This document shows, in pieces, positions 28,274 to 38,430 of a DNA stretch of 64,000 nt. The translations under genes and the position numbers were made by a program. Below the pieces are notes generated by a model, which searched no databases, was not told where the DNA came from, and saw only the letters and a program-made list of their open reading frames with translations. The stretch is taken from positions 9,454-73,453 of the forward strand of contig JBBIRA010000001.1 of the NCBI GenBank assembly GCA_037442005.1, read 5' to 3'. Positions within the stretch are counted from its first letter, which is position 1, and each line of letters begins with the position of its first letter. Source of the DNA: Leptospirillum sp. Its GTDB lineage: Bacteria > Nitrospirota > Leptospirillia > Leptospirillales > Leptospirillaceae.

Positions 28274-29647
28274 ATGTTGACAAGGAGACGACACGCAGAA
28301 CAATCTGACCCGCAGCTGGCCCCCACCTATGGAACCCGGTTCTTTTCGCATGATCTGAATGCTTTTCAGTTGTCTGAAGCTGGTATGCCACAAGCCAGTG
28401 CCTATCAGATCATTCATGATGAACTGGAGCTTGATGGAAATCCCTCCCTGAATCTGGCCTCTTTCGTCACAACGTGGATGGAACCCGAGGCGGTGAAACT
28501 GATCGAGGAAAACCTCCGGAAGAATCTGGTGGATCAAAGCGAATATCCCCGGACGGGCGTGATGCAGCATCGCGTTATTCATATGCTGGCGGATCTCTTT
28601 AATGTACCTGCTGGCAAAGATGTCACAGGAACTTCAACCATCGGGTCATCCGAAGCCATTCTTTTGGGCCTTCTGGCCCATAAGAAGCGCTGGGTCAATG
28701 AGAGGAGAAAAAAAGGTCTCCCGGCAGACCGGCCGAATCTCGTTGTCGGCGGAGATGTGCATGTTGTCTGGGACAAGTTCGCACGATATTTCGATGTGGA
28801 ACTGCGGACCGTGCCACTGACGCGTGATCGCTTTATCCTGGATGTCGATCAGGCAATTCTCCGGATTGATGAAAATACGATCGCTGTGGGGGCGGTCATG
28901 GGAACGACGTTTACAGGACAGATTGATCCGGTCGGTAGTCTCGATCGGGCCCTTCAAAAACTGGAGGAGGAAAAAGGCTGGTTTGTTCCTATTCATGTGG
29001 ATGGGGCCAGTGGCGGATTCCTTCTTCCCTTTTTAAAACCGGATCTTGTCTGGGATTTCCGTCTGCGTCATGTCCGATCGATTAATGTGTCGGGACATAA
29101 GTTCGGTCTGGTTTACCCGGGAATCGGTTGGCTTCTCTTCAAAGACCGGTCGGACCTACCGGATGAACTGGTCTTCCGGGTGAATTACTTAGGTGCAGAA
29201 GAAGAGACGTACACACTGAATTTTTCATCGAATGCGGCGTTTGTCATCGCCCAGTATTACAATCTCCTGCGCCTGGGTAAGAAGGGCTATCGCCAGATTA
29301 TGCAGAACTGTCAGGAGAATGCCCGTTTTTTTGCCAGGAAACTGCAGGAATCCCGGTTCTTCATCCCGGTAGATCCCTCTCCGGATCTTCCGATTGTCGC
29401 CTTCAGGCTGAAAGGGGAAAATGCCGGGAGAGAGATGGAGATTTCCTCCGAACTCCGGAAGTTCGGCTGGATTGTTCCCGCGTACACACTGCCTCCGGAG
29501 GCACAGGATGTTTCACTCCTCAGGGTGGTGGTCCGGGAGCAGATCAGCCGGAGTATGCTTGAGACGCTTCTCCTCCATCTTGATCTTTCCACACAAATCC
29601 TTAAGAATCCTCCCTTGCCGGCAGGAGAGGCCCCGCCTGTCTGTTAG
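28274..29647 (+). CDS. gadB: Glutamate decarboxylase
   Basis: 'NLASFVTTWME', 'STIGSSEA', 'IHVDGASGGF', PLP lysine in 'SINVSGHKFGLVYPGIGW', 'GWIVPAY'. Confidence 0.95.
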   Translation: MLTRRRHAEQSDPQLAPTYGTRFFSHDLNAFQLSEAGMPQASAYQIIHDELELDGNPSLNLASFVTTWMEPEAVKLIEENLRKNLVDQSEYPRTGVMQHRVIHMLADLFNVPAGKDVTGTSTIGSSEAILLGLLAHKKRWVNERRKKGLPADRPNLVVGGDVHVVWDKFARYFDVELRTVPLTRDRFILDVDQAILRIDENTIAVGAVMGTTFTGQIDPVGSLDRALQKLEEEKGWFVPIHVDGASGGFLLPFLKPDLVWDFRLRHVRSINVSGHKFGLVYPGIGWLLFKDRSDLPDELVFRVNYLGAEEETYTLNFSSNAAFVIAQYYNLLRLGKKGYRQIMQNCQENARFFARKLQESRFFIPVDPSPDLPIVAFRLKGENAGREMEISSELRKFGWIVPAYTLPPEAQDVSLLRVVVREQISRSMLETLLLHLDLSTQILKNPPLPAGEAPPVC

Positions 29648-29722
29648 GGATTTCTCCGGACGGGTTGTGAAAAGGAAGCAGGGGCACTGCCTTTGCCGAT
29701 GTAATCCGGCCAGCTTTCAGTT

Positions 29723-31045
29723 TTGATGGTGACAAGACAGGGTGGTGGTCAGGGGATGTTCCGGTCATTGTTCCAGCGGGGATCCGAACGCTTAACGGAT
29801 CTGAAGGTCCGGGTGATGCGAAGGGCGGGACGATGGCTTCAGCCATTGGCACGACTGCATCCTGATTTCTGGTTCCCCCATGGGGTTCTGGCCCTGATCC
29901 TTGTTCTTCTGGGGATCCACAACACGTTGCCCCTGATGGAGCAGATAAGACTCTTGAGTCAGGGGATCATCCGGTATGGTCCGGTCGAGGATTTTCACCA
30001 CCTGCCGGAGTTTTTCCATCAATGGATGGGCAGTGTCCGGAGTCTGATCGGACTGTTGCAGATTCTTATGTCAATCGGACTTCTTTTCCGGTCGCGGTTC
30101 GCCTGGGGGGCCGGGATCGCCCTTTCTTCGGCCGCGTTCCTGATTCTTTTTCGTCAGAACCATGGACATCTTGTACTTCCTGCCATTGCCGACCTGATCC
30201 TGTTTATCGGCCTTCTTATTTTTCGAAAGACCTTTTCCCGCTCCAATATTGCAACCGGTACGATGTTCTCCCTGCTCAGCATCATTCTGCTTTTCTCGTA
30301 TGCTGTTTTCGGGTCATTCCTGCTCGGAATGGGGTTCAATCCTCCAATCAAAACCCTGCTGACGGCGTTCTACTACTCTGTTGTGACCATGTCCACGGTC
30401 GGGTACGGGGACATTGTTCCCGTGACAGACGATGCCCGTATGTTTACCGTTTCGATTATTATCCTGGGGATCAGTATTTTTACGGCATCTCTTTCTACGG
30501 TGATTCTTCCGCTGGTCAATGAGCGGGTTCAACATCTGCTGATGGGAGAAAACAAAGTCATGATCAGGTCCAATCATTATATTCTTGTCGGGACGGGCGG
30601 CCTGGCGATGACCACCTATGAAGAACTTGTCCGACGAAACCTTCCGGTAACGATGATTGTCGCGGGGAGAAAGACCGGTATTCCCTGGGACGGGATTGAT
30701 CAGGTCGAAGGAGATCCCATGGATCCGGAAACCTTGAAGGAGGCAGGAATCATGCAAGCTTCCGCCATTCTGTCCCTTCTTGATGACGATAGTGAAAATG
30801 CGTTTGTGATTCTTTCCGCCCGGGAAACCGGATCGGTCGCCAAAACGGTGGTATCGGTCCGGGACCGGACAAAACTTGCGAGAATACGGACCGTTCATCC
30901 GGATATGATCCTGTCGACTGACGCCATTGGCGGTGAGCTGTTGGCGATGGCGCTGACGGGAGAACCGGTCAACGGTCAGGAGATCATCGAGCGTATCTTT
31001 CCTTCCCGCCCGGGAAAGGGTACCAACGGGGCTTCGGAAGGCTGA
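29723..31045 (+). CDS. kch: Kch-like potassium channel with RCK/TrkA-N domain
   Basis: Selectivity filter 'TMSTVGYGD', multiple TMs, 'NHYILVG', 'DDSENAFVIL'. Confidence 0.9.
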   Translation: MMVTRQGGGQGMFRSLFQRGSERLTDLKVRVMRRAGRWLQPLARLHPDFWFPHGVLALILVLLGIHNTLPLMEQIRLLSQGIIRYGPVEDFHHLPEFFHQWMGSVRSLIGLLQILMSIGLLFRSRFAWGAGIALSSAAFLILFRQNHGHLVLPAIADLILFIGLLIFRKTFSRSNIATGTMFSLLSIILLFSYAVFGSFLLGMGFNPPIKTLLTAFYYSVVTMSTVGYGDIVPVTDDARMFTVSIIILGISIFTASLSTVILPLVNERVQHLLMGENKVMIRSNHYILVGTGGLAMTTYEELVRRNLPVTMIVAGRKTGIPWDGIDQVEGDPMDPETLKEAGIMQASAILSLLDDDSENAFVILSARETGSVAKTVVSVRDRTKLARIRTVHPDMILSTDAIGGELLAMALTGEPVNGQEIIERIFPSRPGKGTNGASEG

Positions 31046-31075
31046 TCAGCAGTTCAATCTCCTGAGCCTGCCTGT

Positions 31076-34000
31076 TCAGGTTTTTTCGGTCGGGATAGAG
31101 CGTTCGAACTCCTCATCGTATCGGAAGCGATTGGGGATCTCCCGGCGGAGCAATTGATAGACAGCCGGTACCAGAAACAGGGTGGAAACGGTTCCGACAA
31201 GCAATCCTCCGATCACGGCCCGTCCCAGCGGAGCGTTCTGCTCTCCGCCGCTTCCCACCCCGAACGCCATCGGCAACATCCCCAGAATCATCGCGGTTGC
31301 GGTCATCAGGATCGGTCGTAACCGGGTCACACCCGCACTTTTGGCGGCCTCTCCGGCAGAAAGTCCTCGACCTCTTTCATCATTGGCAAACGTCACAAGC
31401 AGAATGCTGTTGGCGGTGGCGACCCCGATGACCATGATAGCTCCCATCGCCGACTCAACGTTAAGCGTTGTGTGGGTGACAAAAAGACCGATCGCAACGC
31501 CGAGAAGACCCATGGGGATCGATACGAGGATAATGAAGGGGTCCAGGAAGGACTGGAAGTTTAAGACAAGCAACAAATACACGAGAAGAATGGCCAGTAT
31601 GAGCCCCATGCCAAAATGGGTGAAGGAATCAATCATGGCTTCGCTTTGTCCCCGGAAGCGGATAATCGTTCCCGGTGGAAGGGCAATTTTTTTAACCTGG
31701 TCCTTGATGGCCATGGTCAGGGTGCCAAGATCCCGGTCCTGCGTGTTGACCAGGACATCGATCACCCGCTGAACGGTATAGTGGGAGATCGATCCCGGTG
31801 ACACTCCCTGGGTGACCGTCGCCAGGTTGGCCAGGTACTGCGTATTCGTGGGGGTTGTTCCGGTCAGCGGGTTGGTACCTCTGATCGGGATCGAGATCAG
31901 GTCCTGGAGAGATTTCATTTCCGGGATGGGGGTCTGGGCCGCCACAATGTAGTTCACGCCGTTTGCAGGGTTGACCCAATAGTTTGGCGCTACCAGGGAG
32001 CTTGAAGACAGCGAAACAAGCAGGTTTGTCGCGACATCGTTTTCAGTAAGACCGACTTCAAGGGCATTGGATCGTCTGGTATGGATGAAGATGGTGGGGT
32101 AGTGCATGACCTGAGGAATCGAGACATCGACAGCACCCGGGACTTTTTTGACGATGGACTCAATTTTCTGCGCCAGATGATAGGAGGACTCGAGGTTTCG
32201 ACCCTCTACCTGAATATCAATCGGGGCAGACAACCCGAAATCAAGCACCTGACTGATAATGTCGGCCGGCTTGAACCAGAATGACAGGTTGGGGAACTGT
32301 TTTGCGAGTTCAGTCCGAATCTCCTTCTGGTAGGTAAAGACCGACTGATGATGCCCTTTGAGCGAGATAAGAAAGTCGGCGTCCATGGGGCCAATACTGT
32401 CTGTTTCATAAAAAGCCAGATTGAAATAAATTGGTAAGCCTATATTGACATCAATGGAGTTCAGCTGATCGGGGGGGATGATTTTCTTTAATGCCTTCTC
32501 GACCATTGCGGCATATTGTTCGGAGACCTCAATCCGGGTCCCGTCAGGGGCTCTCATGTGAAGAGCGAGAAGCCCTGCATCCACATTCGGGAAAAAATCA
32601 AACCCCACTCTGGTCAGCAGATAAACCCCTCCTCCCGCCAGTATCAGACAGATCGCAATGATTCTTCCCGGCTTCAGAAGCGATTTTTCCAGGAGAGCCT
32701 GATAGTGTGACCTGATGTTCTCAAAAAAACGAAGAAAAATGGCAGAAACACCGCTTCTTCCGTTTGCGTGGCTGCTGTTGGCCGATCTTTTCTGATGAAG
32801 CATCCTGGACATCGTGACAACCAGTGTCCGTGAAAGAAAATAGCTGGCCAGCATGGAGAAGACCACGGCAAGAGCCAGAGGAGTAAACAGAAACTTGGAA
32901 ACGCCCTGAAGAAGAATGACAGGGAAGAAGACGATCAGGATCGACAGGGTCCCGACGAATGCGGGAAGCGCGACCTGGTTTGCGCCGTTATAGACGGCCA
33001 GGAGGGGGTCTTCGGTGAGGGAAAGGTTTCTCTCAATGTTTTCAATGGCGACCGTGGCATCGTCAACCAGCATCCCGATGGCCAGCGCCAACCCTCCAAG
33101 GGTCATGAGGTTCAGGGATTCTCCGGACAGTTTCAGAAAGAAAAGGGCGGTCAGGATCGATAAGGGAATGGATAAAAGGATAATGATGGTGGAGCGCAGA
33201 TCCCCGAGAAAGAGATAAATCATCAGGGAGACGAGAATGGTCCCGATGGCTCCTTCCATGATCACGTCAGTCAGTGCCTGTTTGACGAAGACCGATTGGT
33301 CAAAGAAGGGGTGAAGATGAATGCCCGGAGGCAAAAGGGATTCGATATGCGGGATCAGTTTTTTGACATCCGAGACCACGGTCAGTGTAGATGCGCCCAC
33401 ATGCTTGAAGACCGTGAGATAGGTCGATCGCATCCCGTTAACGCGGACGACATTCTCCTGGGGGGCGAACCCGTCATGGACATTGGCGACATCTTTCAGC
33501 CGGACAATGGTTGTTCCGTTGGCCTTGACCGGAAGCTCTCCAAGCTCCTCAAGTTTTGAAGGGCTTCCATTGATCTCGATATTCAGTTCGAGTGAACCCA
33601 TTCTGGCGGTGCCTGCCGGAACGATAATATTAGACCGTGTCAGCGTACTCACGACGTCATTGGGAGACAGTCCATAGCCCAGCAGCTTTTGGGGATTGAT
33701 GTCCACCATGACCTGGCGCATTTTTCCACCGAACGGAGCCGGTGTCGACAGCCCGGGAATGGTAAAAAGATAGACCCGGATAAAGTTCAGGCCGTAATCG
33801 TATAATTGCTGTTCCGAGTAGCTCTTTCCCTGGATTTCAAGCTGGACAATGGGAACATTGGCGGCATTGTAACTGATGATGTTGGGCGGGACTGTTCCCG
33901 GTGGAAAAATCCGGAGAAGGGTTTCAGAGACGGCACTGATCTGAGCAATTGCCGCCGCGATGCTTTCCCCCTGGTGAAAGTAGATCTTGATCAGACCGGT

Positions 34001-34264
34001 TCCTGCAATGGATTCTGACTCAATGCGACTGATCCCGTTGACCGTTGTTGAGTAGGCCCTCTCGGAAATCAGGATCATTCTTTCTTCCATGTCTGTGGGA
34101 GAAAGTCCGGGATAATTCCAGACAACCTTGACAACGGGAATATCGATGGCGGGGAAAATGTCGAGAATCATCCGCTGGGCGGCAAGGATCCCCATGATCG
34201 TGATCAAAGCGCAGAGAACAAAAATGGAATACGGGCGCTTTAAGGCCAGTTTGACAAGAAACAA
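31076..34264 (-). CDS. RND efflux permease (AcrB/AcrD/AcrF family)
   Basis: 1062 aa; 'DIFPAIDIP', 'LALAIGMLVDDATVAIENI', 'TRLRPILMTA', 'PLGRAVIGGL'. Confidence 0.95.
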   Translation of the reverse strand: MFLVKLALKRPYSIFVLCALITIMGILAAQRMILDIFPAIDIPVVKVVWNYPGLSPTDMEERMILISERAYSTTVNGISRIESESIAGTGLIKIYFHQGESIAAAIAQISAVSETLLRIFPPGTVPPNIISYNAANVPIVQLEIQGKSYSEQQLYDYGLNFIRVYLFTIPGLSTPAPFGGKMRQVMVDINPQKLLGYGLSPNDVVSTLTRSNIIVPAGTARMGSLELNIEINGSPSKLEELGELPVKANGTTIVRLKDVANVHDGFAPQENVVRVNGMRSTYLTVFKHVGASTLTVVSDVKKLIPHIESLLPPGIHLHPFFDQSVFVKQALTDVIMEGAIGTILVSLMIYLFLGDLRSTIIILLSIPLSILTALFFLKLSGESLNLMTLGGLALAIGMLVDDATVAIENIERNLSLTEDPLLAVYNGANQVALPAFVGTLSILIVFFPVILLQGVSKFLFTPLALAVVFSMLASYFLSRTLVVTMSRMLHQKRSANSSHANGRSGVSAIFLRFFENIRSHYQALLEKSLLKPGRIIAICLILAGGGVYLLTRVGFDFFPNVDAGLLALHMRAPDGTRIEVSEQYAAMVEKALKKIIPPDQLNSIDVNIGLPIYFNLAFYETDSIGPMDADFLISLKGHHQSVFTYQKEIRTELAKQFPNLSFWFKPADIISQVLDFGLSAPIDIQVEGRNLESSYHLAQKIESIVKKVPGAVDVSIPQVMHYPTIFIHTRRSNALEVGLTENDVATNLLVSLSSSSLVAPNYWVNPANGVNYIVAAQTPIPEMKSLQDLISIPIRGTNPLTGTTPTNTQYLANLATVTQGVSPGSISHYTVQRVIDVLVNTQDRDLGTLTMAIKDQVKKIALPPGTIIRFRGQSEAMIDSFTHFGMGLILAILLVYLLLVLNFQSFLDPFIILVSIPMGLLGVAIGLFVTHTTLNVESAMGAIMVIGVATANSILLVTFANDERGRGLSAGEAAKSAGVTRLRPILMTATAMILGMLPMAFGVGSGGEQNAPLGRAVIGGLLVGTVSTLFLVPAVYQLLRREIPNRFRYDEEFERSIPTEKT

Positions 34265-34337
34265 GGGGTCAGACCTTTCTGGATATGCCGGAACGGTTCA
34301 GTCGTCACATTCGAAACATTGATGAAAATCACCAGCG

Positions 34338-34973
34338 TTATTGGCGGCTGTTCTGATTGTTTCCAAGCCATTGGGTGATGAACTTCCGTATCTTTCCGTC
34401 GTCAGCCTTGTCCATAAGCAGAAGTCGGGTCCAGGCTGTGACCGCTATCCTGGCGGGCAGTGTCGGATTTTTGGCAACAACCACACCTTTTCCTTCTTCA
34501 AGACCGATGGAAGGCGCATAGGTATCGAATGATCGCGCGATGGATTCAAGATCCCTGACTGTATCAGGACAAGTACAGTTGTACTGGATCAGGATATTTC
34601 CGTGTTCAAGAAGATGGACCTGGATGTAGTCTGCCATCGGGGTATCCGGAAAATAGGAGGAAATGAACTCTTCACGGTGTGGGCCGGATGTCGGTGGGGA
34701 GCTGTTGTAGTGAAAACTCTGAAGTTGAGCGATTTCCCAATGATCATGGCCCTGGGACGGATAGAAAACGCCCAGATCCGGATCGGTGGTGGCGACCGCT
34801 GGAGCCGGGGCCGTTGCCTGGGGGGGAGATGGCTTCTGTGTTTCTGTCGAGGCTTCCTGCGTGGGCTTTTTGTGCTGGACGGTATAGACAAGAAATGTGC
34901 CCACAATCAAGAGAACCATGATTAGTGGCCAACGGCTGGAAAAAGATCGGGGTTGGGAATTGTTTCTCATCAA
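34338..34973 (-). CDS. DUF3105 membrane-anchored protein
   Basis: N-terminal TM; 'QGHDH', 'YNSSPPTSGPH', 'VHLLEHG', 'YNC', 'VTAW'. Confidence 0.85.
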   Translation of the reverse strand: MMRNNSQPRSFSSRWPLIMVLLIVGTFLVYTVQHKKPTQEASTETQKPSPPQATAPAPAVATTDPDLGVFYPSQGHDHWEIAQLQSFHYNSSPPTSGPHREEFISSYFPDTPMADYIQVHLLEHGNILIQYNCTCPDTVRDLESIARSFDTYAPSIGLEEGKGVVVAKNPTLPARIAVTAWTRLLLMDKADDGKIRKFITQWLGNNQNSRQ

Positions 34974-35120
34974 AAAAACTCTCCTTGGATTGTTCGGCAG
35001 ACAGTGCGGAGTACATGGTCAGGAGTTGGAAAAAATAAGACAACCCAGTCGGGATGCCGATGGTGTTTACCGGACTCAGGCTGATCGTGAGTTCCGCCTG
35101 TTAACACTGGGCACTCTGGG

Positions 35121-35149
35121 ATTATCCCTTTTTAAATCCGGATCTTCAA
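35121..35149 (-). promoter_or_regulatory. Candidate sigma70 promoter for DUF3105-RND
   Basis: TTGAAG (35149-35144), 17 bp, GATAAT (35126-35121). Confidence 0.4.
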
Positions 35150-35227
35150 GCATTGCTGCCAAGTCGGACCATCCGGTAGTGGTTGGGAGGATTCAGTGGG
35201 GGCTGGCGGAAGCGTCCGGATAAATCC

Positions 35228-35848
35228 CTAACAGGATAGGAATTCCTTCAGAACGGCAACAGGAGAAGCTGATTTTGTCAGGGCTCCGGAGATTGCAATC
35301 GTTTGCGCGCCTGCCTGATAAAGGCTGGGTGCCATTTCTGTCGTGATCCCCCCGATGGCCACCAGGGGAAGGTCCGTGATCATTCTTGTCTCCCTGATCG
35401 CGCCCACTCCCCGGGGAGCGTGCTCCAGTGTCTTGGTCGCGGTATTGCTGATGGGGCCCACCCCCAGATAATCGGGAGAAAGAAGGATCGCTCTTTTGAC
35501 TTCATACGGGTTATGGGTTGAAAGTCCAACATGACAGTGTTTCATCTCCGGGGGGAGTACTTTGTCTGTCATGGAGGGAATATCCTCCTGGCCGAGATGC
35601 GTTCCGTCTGCACCCGACAGAAGGGCAATATCCGGTCTGTCGTTGATCGTCAGGATGGCTCCGTACCGGGAAGTGATCTGCCTGATTTCCATTGCCCACC
35701 GGTACAGCTCGTTATCAGGAAGTCTTTTGTCCCGAAACTGGAACCATCTGAGACCTCCGGCAAGCAGCTGTTCCAGATGAGAGAAAAAGGTCTCCCGATC
35801 CTGAAAGTCCTGGCTTCCTGCGATATAGAGAAGCCTTGGAAAAATCAC
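35228..35848 (-). CDS. thiE: Thiamine-phosphate synthase
   Basis: 'QFRDK', 'INDRPDIA', 'HLGQED', 'GLSTH', 'TATK', 'VAIGGIT'. Confidence 0.92.
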   Translation of the reverse strand: MIFPRLLYIAGSQDFQDRETFFSHLEQLLAGGLRWFQFRDKRLPDNELYRWAMEIRQITSRYGAILTINDRPDIALLSGADGTHLGQEDIPSMTDKVLPPEMKHCHVGLSTHNPYEVKRAILLSPDYLGVGPISNTATKTLEHAPRGVGAIRETRMITDLPLVAIGGITTEMAPSLYQAGAQTIAISGALTKSASPVAVLKEFLSC

Positions 35849-37281
35849 CGGCCTGACCTTTTGTGGGTCATTTCCGGGGAATTGCCCTCATCGAACTCTT
35901 GCTCGATCTTTTCCTGTTGCAACCGTTTTTCCCGTTTTCCCATGAAGGATTCAATAAAAGAGGTGTCGTATTTGCCCCGAATGAAGTCGGGATCCTCGAG
36001 AATTTCCAGATGGAGGGGGATCGTGGTCTTGATCCCGTCAATGACATATTCTGAAAGGGCCCGTTTCATCCGGGCAATCGCTTCATTGCGATCACTCCCT
36101 TTGGCGATGATCTTTGCAATCAGGCTATCGTAGTGCGGCGGAATCACTGATCCTTGTGTTACCCAGGAATCGATCCGGATGCCCGGACCACCCGGTGGAA
36201 TGATCCGGGTGATCGTTCCGGGAGAGGGGGTGAAGGTCCAGGGATCTTCCGCGTTGATCCGGCATTCGATGACATGTCCCGATGGCTTGTGGGTGTCTGA
36301 AATGGATTTTCCTGCGGCCACCAGGATCTGGGCTTTGACCAGATCGTAGTCGAATGCCTGTTCGGTAATGGGATGTTCAACCTGGATCCGGGTGTTCATC
36401 TCGATAAAGTAGAAGTTTTTGTTGTCATCAACCAGAAATTCCACGGTTCCTGCATTGACGTATCCACAGGCTTTGGCGGCCTTGACGGCCGTTTCGGCCA
36501 TTTCCTGGCGGATCCGTGCGGTCAAAAGCGGGGAGGGGGTTTCTTCAAGAAGCTTTTGATGACGTCGCTGCACAGAGCAGTCCCGTTCGCCCATGGTCAC
36601 GACATTTCCGTCTTTGTCGGCCAGAATCTGGATCTCGACGTGGTGAGGACCGATAAAGAACTTCTCGATGTAAACATCTTTAGATCCAAACGCCTGGTAG
36701 GCTTCGGTCTGCGCTGACTGGAAGGCGTTCGAAAAGCTTTCTTTTTCGTGAACAATCCTCATGCCTCTTCCGCCACCTCCGGCGGAGGCTTTGATAATCA
36801 GAGGAAAGCCGGTCTCCTCGGCAATGGCCATGCCTTCTTCTTCCGAAGCCACCGCTCCGATTGACCCGGGAACCACCGGAACACCTGTTTCTCGCATGAG
36901 GGCTTTGGCCCTGGCCTTATCCCCCATGAGAGAAATACTTTCAGGGGAGGGACCGATGAAGACAACGCCCGCAGAGTGACAGATTTCTGCAAAATGTGCA
37001 TTTTCAGAAAGGAACCCGTATCCCGGGTGAATGGCTTCAGACTGGGTGACTTCCGCCGCACTGATAATGTTGGGGATGTTCCTGTAGCTTGAGTTGGTCT
37101 CGGGGGGGCCGACGCACACGGATTCATCAGCCATGCTGACATGGAGGGCGTTCCGGTCAGCTGTGGAAAATATGGCTACGGTCCGGATGCCAAGTTCCCG
37201 GCAAGCTCTGATAACCCGGACAGCAATTTCTCCCCGATTGGCGATCAGGATTTTTTGAAAGGGAGGATTGGGGCGGGCCAT
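35845..37281 (-). CDS. accC: Biotin carboxylase
   Basis: 'KILIANRGEIA', 'HPGYGFLSEN', 'GGGGRGM', 'RDCSVQRRHQK', 'EMNTRIQVEH'. Confidence 0.97.
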   Translation of the reverse strand: MARPNPPFQKILIANRGEIAVRVIRACRELGIRTVAIFSTADRNALHVSMADESVCVGPPETNSSYRNIPNIISAAEVTQSEAIHPGYGFLSENAHFAEICHSAGVVFIGPSPESISLMGDKARAKALMRETGVPVVPGSIGAVASEEEGMAIAEETGFPLIIKASAGGGGRGMRIVHEKESFSNAFQSAQTEAYQAFGSKDVYIEKFFIGPHHVEIQILADKDGNVVTMGERDCSVQRRHQKLLEETPSPLLTARIRQEMAETAVKAAKACGYVNAGTVEFLVDDNKNFYFIEMNTRIQVEHPITEQAFDYDLVKAQILVAAGKSISDTHKPSGHVIECRINAEDPWTFTPSPGTITRIIPPGGPGIRIDSWVTQGSVIPPHYDSLIAKIIAKGSDRNEAIARMKRALSEYVIDGIKTTIPLHLEILEDPDFIRGKYDTSFIESFMGKREKRLQQEKIEQEFDEGNSPEMTHKRSGR

Positions 37282-37751
37282 CAGTTCTCCGGTGCAATTT
37301 CTATTTCGATAAGCGGTGTCCCGAATTCAACGGCTTTGCCATCTTCGACGAGGATCGCCTTGACGACCCCGTCAAACTCGGACTCAATCTCGTTCATCAG
37401 TTTCATTGCTTCAATAATGCAAAGAATCTGCCCTTTACGGACGGTGGCGCCTAATTCGATATAGGAGCTGGCATCAGGAGAGGGGGAGCGATAAAAGGTC
37501 CCCACGATGGGAGAGGTGACAGTACGCGATGATTCTTTGTTCGAAAGAGGGGAGTGTGACACGGTCTTCCCCCCTTCAGTGGGGGCGTGATCCTGGGAGG
37601 TGTTTTCCCTGGAAACCAGCTTCATCCCGGCGATGGAAGGGAAAGCCGGTTTTTCAATGCGGATCCGGACACCTTCTCTTTCCAGTTCGAAAACAGTGAT
37701 ATTGGTGCCCTGGAGGAGAGCCAGAAGCTCTGAGATTTCAGGATTTGTCAT
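37281..37751 (-). CDS. accB: Biotin carboxyl carrier protein
   Basis: '[13 protein letters not shown]', 'EAMKLMNEI'. Confidence 0.97.
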   Translation of the reverse strand: MTNPEISELLALLQGTNITVFELEREGVRIRIEKPAFPSIAGMKLVSRENTSQDHAPTEGGKTVSHSPLSNKESSRTVTSPIVGTFYRSPSPDASSYIELGATVRKGQILCIIEAMKLMNEIESEFDGVVKAILVEDGKAVEFGTPLIEIEIAPEN

Positions 37752-37804
37752 TATTGGTCCATTTGATGCGATGGGGAAAAGAGTATTTTCTCAATGGGAG
37801 GCCC

Positions 37805-38380
37805 CTAGGATGCTGTTCTGACGCGTTCAATATAATCGCCAGTCCGGGTATCGACTTTGACAACATCACCTTCCTGAAGGTGGAACGGGACCTTAACAAC
37901 CGCGCCACTTTCAAGCTTCGCCGGTTTTGACCCTCCTGAAGCAGTATCTCCTTTTCTTCCGGGATCTGTTTCGACAATGGTCAGTTCCACGAACAATGGC
38001 AGTTCCACAGTAATGGCTTTCCCCCGGTAGAAAAGAATAGAGGCAATCATCTGTTCCTTGAGGAAAAGGACCCGATCCCCGAGTTCAGATTTCGTGAGGG
38101 AGAGCTGTTCGTAGTTATCCGTATCCATGAAGATGTAGTCTTTATCCTGAGCATAGAGAAACTGCATGTTTTTTTCTTCGATATCCGGTTCGTCAAACTT
38201 TTCCCCGGTTCTGAAAGTTCTTTCGATCACTGCTCCGGATTTGAGGCTTTTCAGTTTTGTCCGGACGAAGGATCCGCCTTTGCCGGGCTTCACATGCTGA
38301 AATTCCACAATAATATAGGGCTCATTATCAAGTTCAAGCCGTGAACCGTTTCGAAACTCGTTTGTGACGATGACTCCCAT
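37805..38380 (-). CDS. efp: Elongation factor P
   Basis: 'HVKPGKGGSFVR', 'DPGRKGDTASG', 'KVDTRTGDY'. Confidence 0.97.
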   Translation of the reverse strand: MGVIVTNEFRNGSRLELDNEPYIIVEFQHVKPGKGGSFVRTKLKSLKSGAVIERTFRTGEKFDEPDIEEKNMQFLYAQDKDYIFMDTDNYEQLSLTKSELGDRVLFLKEQMIASILFYRGKAITVELPLFVELTIVETDPGRKGDTASGGSKPAKLESGAVVKVPFHLQEGDVVKVDTRTGDYIERVRTAS

Positions 38381-38430
38381 GAATCAGACTCCCGGATCTA
38401 AGATCAAGAAAAGGTTAATCGCCCCTGCTA

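Noticed and set aside
34974-35227. Possible TPP riboswitch next to thiE
   Set aside because: Lies downstream of thiE and lacks the CTGAGA and ACCTG...AGCG cores
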